Below are positions 51,715-64,000 of a stretch of DNA of 64,000 nucleotides, in pieces. The notes under the pieces were generated by a model. The model was not told where the DNA came from. It saw nothing but the letters and a program-made list of their open reading frames with translations, and ran no database searches. Each line of letters begins with the position of its first letter. The stretch's first letter is position 1. The DNA is from Lingula anatina (Eukaryota > Animalia > Brachiopoda), in NCBI GenBank assembly GCA_051362555.1, contig CM120642.1, forward strand, positions 23,312,001 through 23,376,000, in the 5' to 3' direction. A program made the translations under genes and the position numbers.

Positions 51715-54548
51715 GTAGGTTTATCGTTGTTACCTTATGTCATTTTAGAGTTATTAGGGCCCCAGTTTTGAGATTGAAGTAAACGAAAGCTACTACCCAT
51801 CCTAGGGTTTAGTAGATAGACACCGTGTATAATGAGCAATGAAGAGAACAAAATAAATGGCCATCTTTCAGATCACAGCACAAATGTTCAATCAGAAACG
51901 GTTATGAACATTCTCGTCTTGTCTGTTAATCCTTAACAGTGTGGTATATTTTGGCATTGCTGGTATTATATTTTTATTCTAGGTCCAAAGATCGTTATTT
52001 GTAGAGCAAAACATTATGAAGCTTACAACCAGCGTTTGCCCAGGTTGCCTTAAGCTACTTTGCACTGCTAAAATGTAAGCTCCACAATGTTTCCCCTGTA
52101 TACAAATGCGGTATGTAAAGGTGTCTTGGTTTTGTCAGTAAAAACTGCTTTTACACATAAATTTAACCCTACCAGTATTCCTATTTGTCTGTGTAAATTG
52201 ACCAAACTTTGTATAGACTGCCTATGAATGGGGCCTTAGATATTATCTGTAGAAGTAAAAATAAAATGATTTTTGAAAAGAAAAATAAAATAAAACGTAA
52301 ATGAATAATTCTGAAGATGGAAAGAAAACTAAATAGATAAATCTATGAATTATTGGCAGGCTTGTACTAGTTATTGGTTTTTAAATTTAATTGACTGTCA
52401 GTGTACAGCCAGTATTTGTCCTCTGTAGATTTATGTATTAGTCTGATGTGGCCAATTGTTTCCTCAAAAACAGAAACCAGGAAGTTTTTTTCCAAAGCCA
52501 GTTACTAACAGGACATTGTTACCATAACAGATCTGGATCACATTTACAGTGTACACATCACACACAAGATCTGCAAGTCAGAGCATGGCTAAAAAGAATG
52601 CTCCTGGGCATGACCAATCTTATGATTGTTGTGATCTGTAACCACTTAATTTGCATCTTAGATGGGAGGGATGATTTGCAATAAATAGTACTCCTTTTAG
52701 CTTTTTTTTTTTTTTTAATGCTACATTTAAACCCTCCATTGCTGCAGGGGTTTATAATAAAGAAAAGGAAAATGTACTTGTACATGATAAAGAAGAATTT
52801 AGAAGCAAAGTGGCAAGGCTCTCCCATATGTGGATGTTTAATGTAAATGTAACTTGGGTATGGGATATCTACTGAAGATAAGGCAAATCTCGCTTTTTAT
52901 TACAAATGTGCATCATGGAAACCTCCCTGATTATATGATAGAATAACACTAGTCTGTAATTATGCTATCCAGTGTTCAGAGTCATGTACATTATTATGGT
53001 GGTAATTGATTTGAATCATGAACAGGTTGATATGCTGGTATTATCACAGGATTTCCTGTCCACTTTTAGGTACATTAAAGTGATCCAAGCCAGGATTTTG
53101 AACACATTCTTAGTGCATGAATTGCTTCTTGTTGAACTTTTGAGGAAAATAATCAATATCGAAAAAAAAATTATATTCACCCTTCCCTGCCTAACCTCAG
53201 TAGTCTGGCATCTTGACACAGTTTGAAAGTAACCTGGGTCATAGCACAAGTCTTATGAGATCTGGAAATGGAGTCATGGAATGAATGGTGTACATATCTG
53301 GAAAACCAGGTGTGGATCCAGAGATGTTTTCTGACAGTCTTCACAAATTGTCTTTTTTTATCCATCCTTATTTTGTCCGTCTTACAACAGAAAAATTATA
53401 TGCCCGTCAATGTAAACTTGAAAAATTCTGACCGTCTTCCAGAAGAGGCTTTCAGAATGTCACCTTTGTCTTGGCATTTGTCACTGATTAGTGGCTACCC
53501 CGGTGAAAAAGTGTATTAATGTGATTATATGTGTTGAATTTCATGTCAGATGAACATATAAAGATATAAAAATTCATCAAAATATTTTAAAACAGTTACA
53601 TCATCACACAGTAGTTGTGGATCGGTACGACTCTGTTGTCAGTTACGAACTACTTCCTGGTTTTCACAAGGTCCTTCAAAGACCCTAAAACATCGTTATA
53701 ATTGCAGCACATACCATAAAACACCCCAAAATACTTAGATATGGACATATCAGATTATATAAATGCCAAAATTCCACATGACAACGATTTATAGCCTCCC
53801 AGGATTTTTTTTCCCTTCTGACGGTCGATGCAGCATGTATTTCAAAACAAATTGACTGCAAATTTAGCACGATTTTGCACCTTCAAGTTCCGTGACACAT
53901 TTCAAATCATGTGCCTATTGTTTCTACAAGTATTCTCTGCCCCAAATGCATAAAGAAGAAATGTTATCTTACTGTGTTGTTGGAATAACTGCTTTTTTCT
54001 CCAAACCCATGTCTTCATCCCCATTCACCTCCAGCTAAAAATGACCACTAAGTTTTACATCTTACACCACTACACGTCACTTCCAGCACAATTCTGACCA
54101 ATACTGATCTCCTCCAGTACCCCTTATTATAGTTACAGTCAGAAAAGGACGATTTAAGATTGGTAAGTCTGGTGGAGGCAGGGGGAAAGCTGTTAAATAT
54201 GATTTTTCAAAAGCAAACTGGGAAGGAAAGTTACCGTTTCGATTTAAACTTGTTTGGTTTATTTTTGCCTCAAAAGGCAGATCACTATCATAACTATATA
54301 TGATCATATTATTCCTGAATTATATATTTCTTTGATAAAGCTTTTCAATATGATTGACCTGTGGGCACTGACAACCTATGTTAGCATAAATATTATAAAA
54401 AAAGATTAAAGACTGAAATCATTGCACCTGTAATAAAATTCTTGTACATATGACATCATAGATCTATGAGGAAAAGAGATATTTATCTCTAAGCTTTGTT
54501 AAAGGTTGCAAAAACCAAAATAATGCCAAATTTATCAAAGATGAGTTC

Positions 54549-54617
54549 ATAGTTATAAAAGAATTATAAATTAAAGAAAAGAATAGTTATAAAAGAATTA
54601 TAAATTAAAGAAAAGAA
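54549..54617. repeat. 34-bp tandem duplication
   Basis: atagttataaaagaattataaattaaagaaaaga x2. Confidence 0.85.
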
Positions 54618-55074
54618 AAGACAAAAGAAAAGAAAAATGTAAAGACATGGCTAGTTTTGAATTTGTCCCATTTAGACGTTAAGTTGCCTTGTTTCTGTTT
54701 CCTTTTCATTGTTAGAATGGGACTGGTTGGTTGAAAAGTGATAAGGAAGTAGTGCTTTGTTCTTTGTGGTAACTCTACCCCAAGGGAGATGAATGAAGAA
54801 AAAAAGCATTAACTGTTTTTCTGATTCTTACATTTTTTTATCTACTTTTTCTAAGAACTGTATGTAATTTTATGTAACTTAACACATCATGTTTAATGCC
54901 AATGGCATGTCTAACGCGTGTCAATACTCTTTCAATTTCAGTGTCATTTAGATCACTTCCAATAGAAGACACCACGACAAGAGTATTTTTCCTTCTAACC
55001 ACAGAAAATAAGTTATCTCATTAATCATGGTTGGCAATCACTAACCAAAAAAAAGTTTATGGGAGCACATTCTG

Positions 55075-55291
55075 CATTCCAATTGGTTGACAGGATTTTA
55101 TGATTTTTGGACAGTGAAAAAGATTTGATTGCACAAACACTTTATTGAATAACAACAAAGTAAGTGCAGCGAAGCAGTGAAAGTTGGCTGCATACATAAA
55201 TACACACCAGCCACATTAAACAGGACAAATAATAGCCAGAGTATCCTCCTGCTAGGACTGAAGAGGAAAATCCCAAGTCACAATGGTAAGT
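55075..55291 (+). promoter_or_regulatory. Candidate alternative CTR1 promoter/exon ending ATG|gtaagt
   Basis: CCAAT (ccaattgg, ~55079), TATA-like cataaata (~55195), then CACAATG followed by a perfect gtaagt donor at 55286. The ATG is in frame with the 58691 exon. Confidence 0.55.
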
Positions 55292-57452
55292 AGTGTGCAT
55301 ATACATATGTATACCATTAATGTGTATACCATTAATATTTTTGAATAATATTTGCTGAACATAAAAGACTCAGTTTAATGTCACATTTTGCACTTTGGTG
55401 ATAAATTTTCAAAACTACTATAAAATGTTCAAGTTGAAGTGTAGTGTGTGTGAAGTATAGAAAAAAATGTTGCCCACATTTATAATTTTTGATCTTGTGA
55501 AATATATATAGTTATTTAGTCAAAACAAAATAAAAAAAAAAACAGATCCAGCACACCTCAACTGACAAATTGGGGAAAAAATCTTAAGAAAAGCATTTTA
55601 GGCAAAAAAAAAAAACACAACTTGGAATTCAGTCTCACTATTCCGTGATCTGCATTATAGATAAGCACACTTATGCAGGTGAGATGGGTGATGATAAAAG
55701 TTATGACGCGTGTCACGGTGAATATCTCACTTATCTCAGAACTAAAGCAGTAGCAGAATAAGTAGGAATTAAGAAAGAAGTGTTAATTGACCGTGTAAGT
55801 ACTTTTGGTTAGTCAGGCATTTTTCTCACTTGATTCTTTCAACTCTGAAATTGGGTCACTTTCATGAAAAACAGCTTCCGTCTTTTAATGCAGTGACTGG
55901 CACATGACCCACCCTGCCCACATCCATTTTTAGTGAAATACAAATATTTGACCCCCACCCCCTTCCCCACATTCATTTGATATTTATACAGATATAAGCC
56001 AAAATTGTATACTTGAGAAACATCATGTTATGTTCCTACAAACCATTTCTATCAAAATAAACAGATAACTGTCTTCTCGACTTTGCAGCAGCCTGCGTGC
56101 AGATTGCAATCTGACTTGGTGCACATGACTGGATGTCCGTATCATTGGCAACTAAACAAGATATGTTGTTGAGATTACTTTAGGTCTCCCTCTCTGTCAA
56201 ATTTATTGCTTTCCTTTAGAGACATATATCCTTCAGGATCAGTTTTCCACAAATGTTGATGCTTTTAAAATCGTGCATGCAGGTAAACCATATTTAGTCC
56301 ACAGGTGAAGTATAGAACAGCCTCATAATGAGGGTATCGAATGATAAGTTTATGTACGTGATACGTCACGACATCATGTACGTCTTTCTTTCTACATATA
56401 GTTGTTAATAAGCAGTGAGACAGGAAGATACCAGCAGTGTCAACCTTCCATATTAAACGCTTTGGTAGGTTTGATAGACACCCCCCACACAAAAACACAC
56501 AATTTGTATATTAAATTTGTTCCTTGATCTACTGGTAAGTTTCAATAACAGAGTTGATCTGTAACAAGGGATGCTTTTTGTCAGATCATGAAAGGAAGTC
56601 ACAAAAATCAGTTGTCATGGATCATGTATCCCATGGCTTTGGAAGCACTGTCAGTATACTGGTATGACATCAACTTTCATCAACATCAATTTTCAACCTT
56701 TTTTTCTGAGTGCCAAGCTACATAGACTGGCTTTTATAACCATCTGGTGTTACAAGAAACGACTTGACATTTTGGATATGTGCACAGCTTTCAGGTCTAG
56801 GAAGTCAGAATATTATTGCGGTCTGAGTTTAATTATTTATTTATTTGCAGCTAAATAAAATTAGATATGGATTGTGCGATAAATTATAGATAAATACAAT
56901 TGTAAAATGCATTAAATGAAATGAGATGACAATCAAGTAAAGTGTTTAGATAAAATTTTAAAAAATATATTTAATATTATATTTGATACATAAAGACACA
57001 ACAGCACTGCCTTAGAATATGAAACCTAGCTGTCATATATAATATAAACTGGCTATGATCTAACTTAGTTCTACTGTGAACACAGCCTCCATAGGCTTAA
57101 TTTAAATGACGTGACTCTTTAGCCTTTTAACCATTGTCATCAACCGAGTGGAAAGATTAAAAGGTCTACTGCTCTCCCTGGCTAGAGATAAGGCATCATG
57201 AGTAGACATACACCAAGGTACTTATTATGGAAAATTGACCATTGAATGCTGCGGCTTTGTAATTGTTACCGATTGTTTGCCACATACCCAGCTTGTATTG
57301 TCGCATGTGTTCATTCCACAGCATGTCTCGGCACAGTGTAATCTCCAACAGATTTTGTTGTAAAACTGTTGTAATGTTAATGTAGCCAATGCCCAGTGAG
57401 CAGTTACTCTTTCCCCTTTCTGTTTCCTTTGTAGTTACCTTCTTTTATCTGT

Positions 57453-57491
<39 letters not shown>

Positions 57492-59054
57492 TTTTTTGGT
57501 CTGAGATAGTATAGAATGACTATCAGTTTATGCCAGTTTATCTGAGATGAGTTGCCTTTATCTTTATAGCTACTTAGTGCATTTCTTATCTCGATGAATG
57601 CTGTCTTTTTGTGTTTTTATAGAGATGGCACTAGTCTGATATCTTCCAGACTGATGTGCCTTATCTTGAGATCATATTTTAACAAACCAGTGCTCACAAA
57701 TGAGAGATTTTGGACAAATGCAGTCCACTGTGACCGTGCACTGACCCACACTGACCACAGTGACTGACAGTGGTCAGTAAGCTTGTCTGGGTGGTCATTC
57801 AGCTAGCCAGTCTGGCAGTTATATATAAAATCAATTTACATCACATTTAATAAACACACATCACATGATACAAGTGTGTCTCTAGGATAGTCCTGGCCAG
57901 TGTCTCAGATAACCAAAAAGATGGTCTCAGTTGATAGTAGGTAGTTATTGCACATCTATGTGTTCCACATATTGGGTACATATGGTCCGGTGAGAACAAT
58001 GCATTTAACATTCTATAAGCTTCAAACAAGTTTCACAATCTATAAAGAGCTGAACATCCCCCAAAATTTAATTGTTAATTTTGTACTGTGATCTCAGTTG
58101 ACAGGCTTGCTGTGCTACTTAAAGTCTCTGCACCCCTCCCTACCCTACCACCACTTCACCCATCCACAGAGGGCACTTTAGCCTTGGTGTGAATTTTGCC
58201 ATGATATTTACATTTGGGGTTTAATTCTAAAGGTATGAGATGACCACTCCTTAGCTGACTCTATATACTAGGGATATATATATATAAAGCTTATCTCTTC
58301 AGTCTTGAGAGATAGAAGTTTAGCCTTACTGTCCTAGCCAAGACCACATTCCCGGTCAGGTTATAGCAGGTGTCACTTCATATGTCCCATCTTGTCAGGC
58401 TTTGTTGGTACATTCACCAGTGGAGGCTACATTTTCATTAGTGTTGGTATATCTGTGCATCAGTTGGTCTTTATGTTAGTGGTTTGTTATATTTTAAAAA
58501 ATTCTTCACAAGTTTTGATGAAATTTTTACGATAGGTGGTTATACGTGAAGAAATCGATTTTTTGCAATAAGAGAAAATTACTGCTTTGCAAAAACCTAT
58601 GATGGAAGATTTTCAAACATATTTTACAGGTAAAACATTAATGACATCTCTTTAAAATTAATCCATGCTGTTTTTTTATTCTATTTCTAGAATCATTCCA
58701 TGCACAATATGTCTGTGACCATAAACCCACATGCAGGCCATGATATGGGCAACGCAACATACAACACAGTAGATCCACACGCGGGGCACGATATGGGAAG
58801 CGGTAGTATCGGAGACCCCCACGCAGGACACAACATGGGCAGTGATCTAGGAATGAACATGAACCATGAAATGAAGGTCAGGAATAATTCTACCTGTATT
58901 CCTGTATATGAAAATAATGGTGACAGTATACTGTAGATTATAGCTATAATTACTGTTCAATATACGTGTAACAATTAGTAAGTAAAAGAAAATGATAATG
59001 TGTTACAGTAAATATAAAAACTACATCAGTGCAAATGCCCGGATTTTTGGTTTG

Positions 59055-59103
<49 letters not shown>

Positions 59104-61395
59104 ATCAAGAGAGATCAATTAAATATGTAGTGAATACTGACTGTCTTACATCATATTCAATCCTATACACTGTATTTAACCTGCCATAACACTTGTTGAC
59201 TCCAACTCTGCTTTATTGTGTGGGTTGGAGATAATCTACCATCATATGTATAGACCTCTATCATGAATTAAGTAAATCATCATTTCATAAATGCATTTTG
59301 AGCACTTACACATTATAGGAAAGGCAAAAATAGCAACCCAAAGTTTCTTGGCAAATCCAGGAGCTTAATTGTCTTTTGTATTGATATGTCAGCTCATTCT
59401 TTGATGAAAGACTCAGGGTGGTAATGGCATACTTCTGCTGCAGGATATGATTGATTTCCTCAATGTAAGACAGGCAGTAATTATCATCAACATTTGTCCA
59501 TGATCTCTCCCTTTTTCTGTGTGTGTAAGCTCAGGTTCTCTTGTAAATAAACAAAATACAGTTATAAAAGGATTCGGGATTAGAATATTGAAAAATTAAT
59601 AAAAATTGAAAAGACGTTACAACTTATTGTCACTATAGTTTCTTGAAGATGCTTCTTAGATGGCTTATTATAAATTTAACTGCGGTCAATAGTGCTGGTT
59701 TATCGATGAAACCACTTGTCAAAATGTAAAAATACAAAGATTCAAATCAATTTATGAATAGAAAGTTTATATATATAAGTAAAGAACTGCATGTATGGCT
59801 GTTGTGGCATTTTATGAATAGATTTGCTGGTAGAAATCAAATAGTTGTATTTAATGAAATTACACTCAATTTGTAAAAAATAATTAGTGTCAAAAATTAA
59901 CTTTACATACCAATTGAGAACTTCACGAAATTAAATTGATTTAGAATAAAATGTTTTTATTCTAGATGTATTTCCACACAGGAGTCATGGAGACAATATT
60001 GTTTTATCAGTGGCAGACACATACAGTTGGAGGTAAGAAAAAACTAGAAAAACCTTGTGCAGTATTTGTTGTCTCCATTGCTGAGCCTGTGCTCTGATCA
60101 ATTTGCAGATAAGACTGGTTTTCATAACATTTTTGGACAATGAACATTTTAGATAGCATCAAGTACTGTTGATTGTACATTCATTTTGTCATCCATTTTA
60201 CTATTATTGATTCAGAAGGCTATGAGCTGTCAGCTTAGCCAGGAAAAATAAAAAATGTCATTCCCTAGTCTGTTCCTCTGCTTCTTGCTGCAGTCTTTGA
60301 TCTATGATTCACATGTATATAACTTGTTTCATGTTTATCTTTACTTTGACTATGGCTGTTGATATATTATTGATAATTACTGTATTTTGACATTAAGAAA
60401 ATGTATTGTACCAATATAAAATTTTCACTGAACTTTCATCTTTTAATTTGCATATTTTGAAATACTCAACTTTCAAGATTATCTCCCTTTTAGCCATGGT
60501 AGGATCCTGCATAGGAATCTTCATTCTGGCTGCATTGTATGAGGGTCTCAAGGTTCTGAGGGAGCATTTACTGCGTAAACACAATGTGATGACCAGAGCA
60601 CGATCCTATAACAGTGCATATACTGATGCTATGGTCACAGAAACACATGCAACTGTACAGTAAGTTAGAATTTTGCATTTGAAGCAGTTTTTTTTTTTTT
60701 TTTTTTTTCTTTTTTTTTTTTTTACAGGGGAAAACAGTTGTCCAACATGACCTCCATGCCTAGTAATTTGAAAGAAAATTAGTCTAGGAGTTCAAGAGTG
60801 GGGGAGGACAGCGACAACTTTGGTTAGACTTTCATTGTAATCATGACATAATACATTTCTATTTGTCAGTGGTCCCATTTTGATTAAAAAAAAAAATTGG
60901 TATAAATATTTTTTAGTTTTGAATGTGTTTTAGGATTTTTCCCAGTATAACTGGTATTTATGCCTCCTTTTGCTTCATGATTATAGATAAAAATAAAGAT
61001 GGCACCATACAGTTGTTCAAAATGAAATGTTATTTGACATTAAATCATATTGAGTAGATTTGATTATCTTTTTTCTATTCACATTACATGTCATTTTGTA
61101 TTTTTTACTGACAAAGCACAAAGTTCACACTTTTATACTTCTACATGCACTTCAGTTCTTTTTAAAGATTTATTTCATGATTATAATTTCCAGACCACGG
61201 ATGTGTAGCAAAGCCCACTTCATCCAGACCCTCCTCCATGTTATTCAGGTGGTTGTATCCTATTTCTTAATGCTGGTATTCATGACCTACAACATATGGC
61301 TGTGTCTAGCAGTAGCATTAGGAGCTGGGACAGGATACTTCTTGTTTGGCTGGCGAAAAGCGGTGGTGATAGACATAAATGAACACTGTCATTAA
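55283..61395 (+). CDS. SLC31A1: High-affinity copper uptake protein CTR1 (207 aa using the ATG at 55283; 203 aa if started at 58700)
   Basis: Exons (55283-55285, ATG only, less certain), 58691-58876, 59966-60032, 60494-60659 and 61194-61395 join in frame. The protein has a His/Met-rich ectodomain, MxM (MKMYF) before TM1, LYEGLK, MxxxM in TM2 (MLVFM), GxxxG in TM3 (GAGTG) and the C-terminal HCH typical of CTR1 rather than CTR2. Confidence 0.95.
57453..57493. repeat. (TTTA)n microsatellite
   Basis: Seen directly. Confidence 0.9.
59059..59100. repeat. (GA)n microsatellite
   Basis: Seen directly. Confidence 0.95.
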
Positions 61396-64000
61396 CAACA
61401 GCTGATGGTTAAGTGATCTTATGGTGCTAATAGAATAAATCCAAGTGTTCATTTTTTAAAATTTTTTTTTTTTATTTATTTAAGAAATTATTTTCTTATG
61501 GGCACAAAGAAATGTGTTTTGCTGAATCACCGACTTCATGTTGTAGAGTAAGGAAGGAAACTTTAACCTTCTGCCAATGTCAGTTGTATTTTTAAGGTTA
61601 ATAAGTGGCAGGAAGTAGTGTCTATTTTGAAACATGTTGCATTTTGTTGCGCTATGATATAAATGTATTGATTTAAAATTTTCTCGAAATTTTAGTACCG
61701 CAGAAAAGACATACTCTCTGAAATGAACCCACCTTGTTTTCAAAATATTTTTTGGATTGTTTTAACAAAAGATATTTTGGGAACTAATGCATTTTGTTTA
61801 GATTTAGTGAGTGATTTGTGTGTAAATGAGATCTTTAAACAGGACTGCCTGCAGTTTAAACTCTCAGAGTGAGTAAATCCATTGTTTATCATGTCCTAAC
61901 CTGGGGCCAGGTTTTAAACACTACGAACTTATTTTTAAATGTGTTGAAAATAGTAGTAATTACTCCAGTTGGCAACCTTGTATGTTCAGCATAATAACAA
62001 AAGAAGCAGCTTTTTGTGAGATTTATCCAAGAATAGGTATGTATGTATTGTTGGGTGTATGCTGGAGCTACCAATCTTATCTGGTGCCTTGTCTACTTTT
62101 TGATGAGTGAGTATATCCCATGACACATATACTTATGTTCAATTTTAAAACATTCTAAAGGAATTCACAAATGCAACAATTCCATTTTATATGTGTAACC
62201 TGCCTATACATAGGATAGAAAGGTCCATCATTGATGAAATTGGGCCCAAGCATTTGCCTAAACTATTAAATATGTAAATTGGGTCTACAAGTACATATGA
62301 TTTTTAAAGTCTGTTGCAATTCTGTACTGAAAGACCTTTTATCCTGACATGGAAAAGGTTACATTGTTAATTACAACATCCATCTCACGCAGTGATTATG
62401 TATGAAGAGTTCGGGAGGGGTTACTTTATGCTGTTTATTATTTTTTATTTCTTCTCACCATGTAGCCAAGTTACATAGTTTCTTTAAGTAATGTTGATAA
62501 TGCTGCATTGCTGTTTATGTTTACATTGAAGACCTAAATATTACAGCGTGTGCAGAGTGTGCTCCTGTGCACACAATCTTCAGATTAGTTGTTAGACTAA
62601 GTTTAGTTAGATAAAGTTGTTAACACAGTGACACTGAAATGTGGGAGTCGTGTGAGAGATGCACAAGAGGTTATAGCCCTGTGGTTGTTTGTTTTATACT
62701 GGTATCTTTAAAATGAAATCCATTTATTTGTATATATATAAGTATTAATGCATAATGTTGTAAATGGATCATCGAAAGCTTTATTTTGTAAAAGTCTTGG
62801 CAGCAATCGAATGTGTAGGCTTGTGATTTTTTTCACATCACACACCAAGTCTAATACTTTCCCTCAGTTCTCTGGTAGCAGTAGCGATGCATACAATATA
62901 ATATTAGGATTCTTTACCTGCATCCATCAGCTTATCTTAGTACCAGCAACATAGGCCTTCCTACTGGTTAGAAGGTTTTAATTGTTCCAAAAGGACAAAT
63001 AGTTATGCTTTTTACTGACAACCTAGGAAAAATTGGCACATTTAGTGTGGTTAGCGGACTTGGACATTTATCACTTTAGACTTTTCAACAAAATCTATTA
63101 AGTTAACATAAATCACACCTGCAATTATGGAAATGTTTTGAAAGGATATTGATGGACAACCTATAGACTAGATTTCCTGTTGCCAATTGTACAAAAATTG
63201 AAGGATAGAGGGATACATTTATAATATATGTGCAGGGATATACTGAGAGTTGGCCCTTCACTAGGTTTGAGTATGTCTGAAAATCTTACAAGTGCCCAGC
63301 AGTCTCATTCTGTTCTATCATATACAGTGTATGGCTAGAAAGATTGGGTTTTTTATTTTCAACCCAAATTCCTTATGATGCCCCTTGACAAAGGAGGATA
63401 GTTTTGATCAATGCTTATGCTGTTCAGGTATGTCTACATAAATCATGGTCTTTTGGATTCTTGATGCAAGTTCATCCTTAAAATTTTGATTTCTTTGCAG
63501 TCTGAGGGTATATGGATGTGACCAATATTAGTCTAATTGAGCATCAGGGTATACATGTGAGAAATGTGGATGTTCTATTGCATAGTTCCCTTGATTTCTA
63601 TAAAAAGAATAGTGTCACTATGTTATGAAGATAGGACAGAGAGACAGAGAAAGAGCTTGAGGGCTTTAGAGCCATCAAGGTTCCACTCAAACTGCTTTTC
63701 ACTGTATATACTGAATACAGTATACATAAAATATACCATTAAATGATGTTTAAAATTTATTGGCACAACATTATACAGTTCAAAATAACTGATAATCACA
63801 TATCATATTGTATTGTAGAGAACATTATATCAGCAGCAATGTTGACAGTGCAGTCTTCATGACTGGTTAGGTACATTCTATTCTGTCTTGTTTAATTCTT
63901 ATATTTAAATCCAGCCAAAGCTTATGTGAAAATATTTAGAGCCTAATTCAGTGAGTCATTGATACTACAAAGAAAAAATACATCTGATTTGTTAATACGC

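Overview
AT-rich, intron-rich animal genomic DNA. It is probably a lophotrochozoan invertebrate such as a mollusc; this is inferred from composition and repeat types, not proven. I reconstructed three spliced protein-coding genes by hand from GT-AG sites and reading-frame continuity. (1) A C1orf21/DUF4612-like small protein on + (5 coding exons, 18731-27259, 134 aa), probably with a non-coding first exon in the CpG-rich zone at about 0.6-1.3 kb and a ~17 kb first intron. (2) FKBP15 on - (30 coding exons, 51280->31421, 1291 aa). (3) The copper transporter CTR1/SLC31A1 on + (main coding exons 58691-61395, with a candidate ATG-only upstream exon at 55283-55285). FKBP15 and CTR1 lie head-to-head around a promoter under 0.5 kb, the arrangement I recall for human 9q32. 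FKBP15 intron 16 is filled by a nested Helentron-associated (HINE/DINE-1-like) composite carrying 161-bp tandem repeats. Several MITEs, a 44-bp minisatellite and many microsatellites are also present. Most entries in the supplied ORF track are spurious or exon fragments. I found no rRNA, tRNA or CRISPR array.
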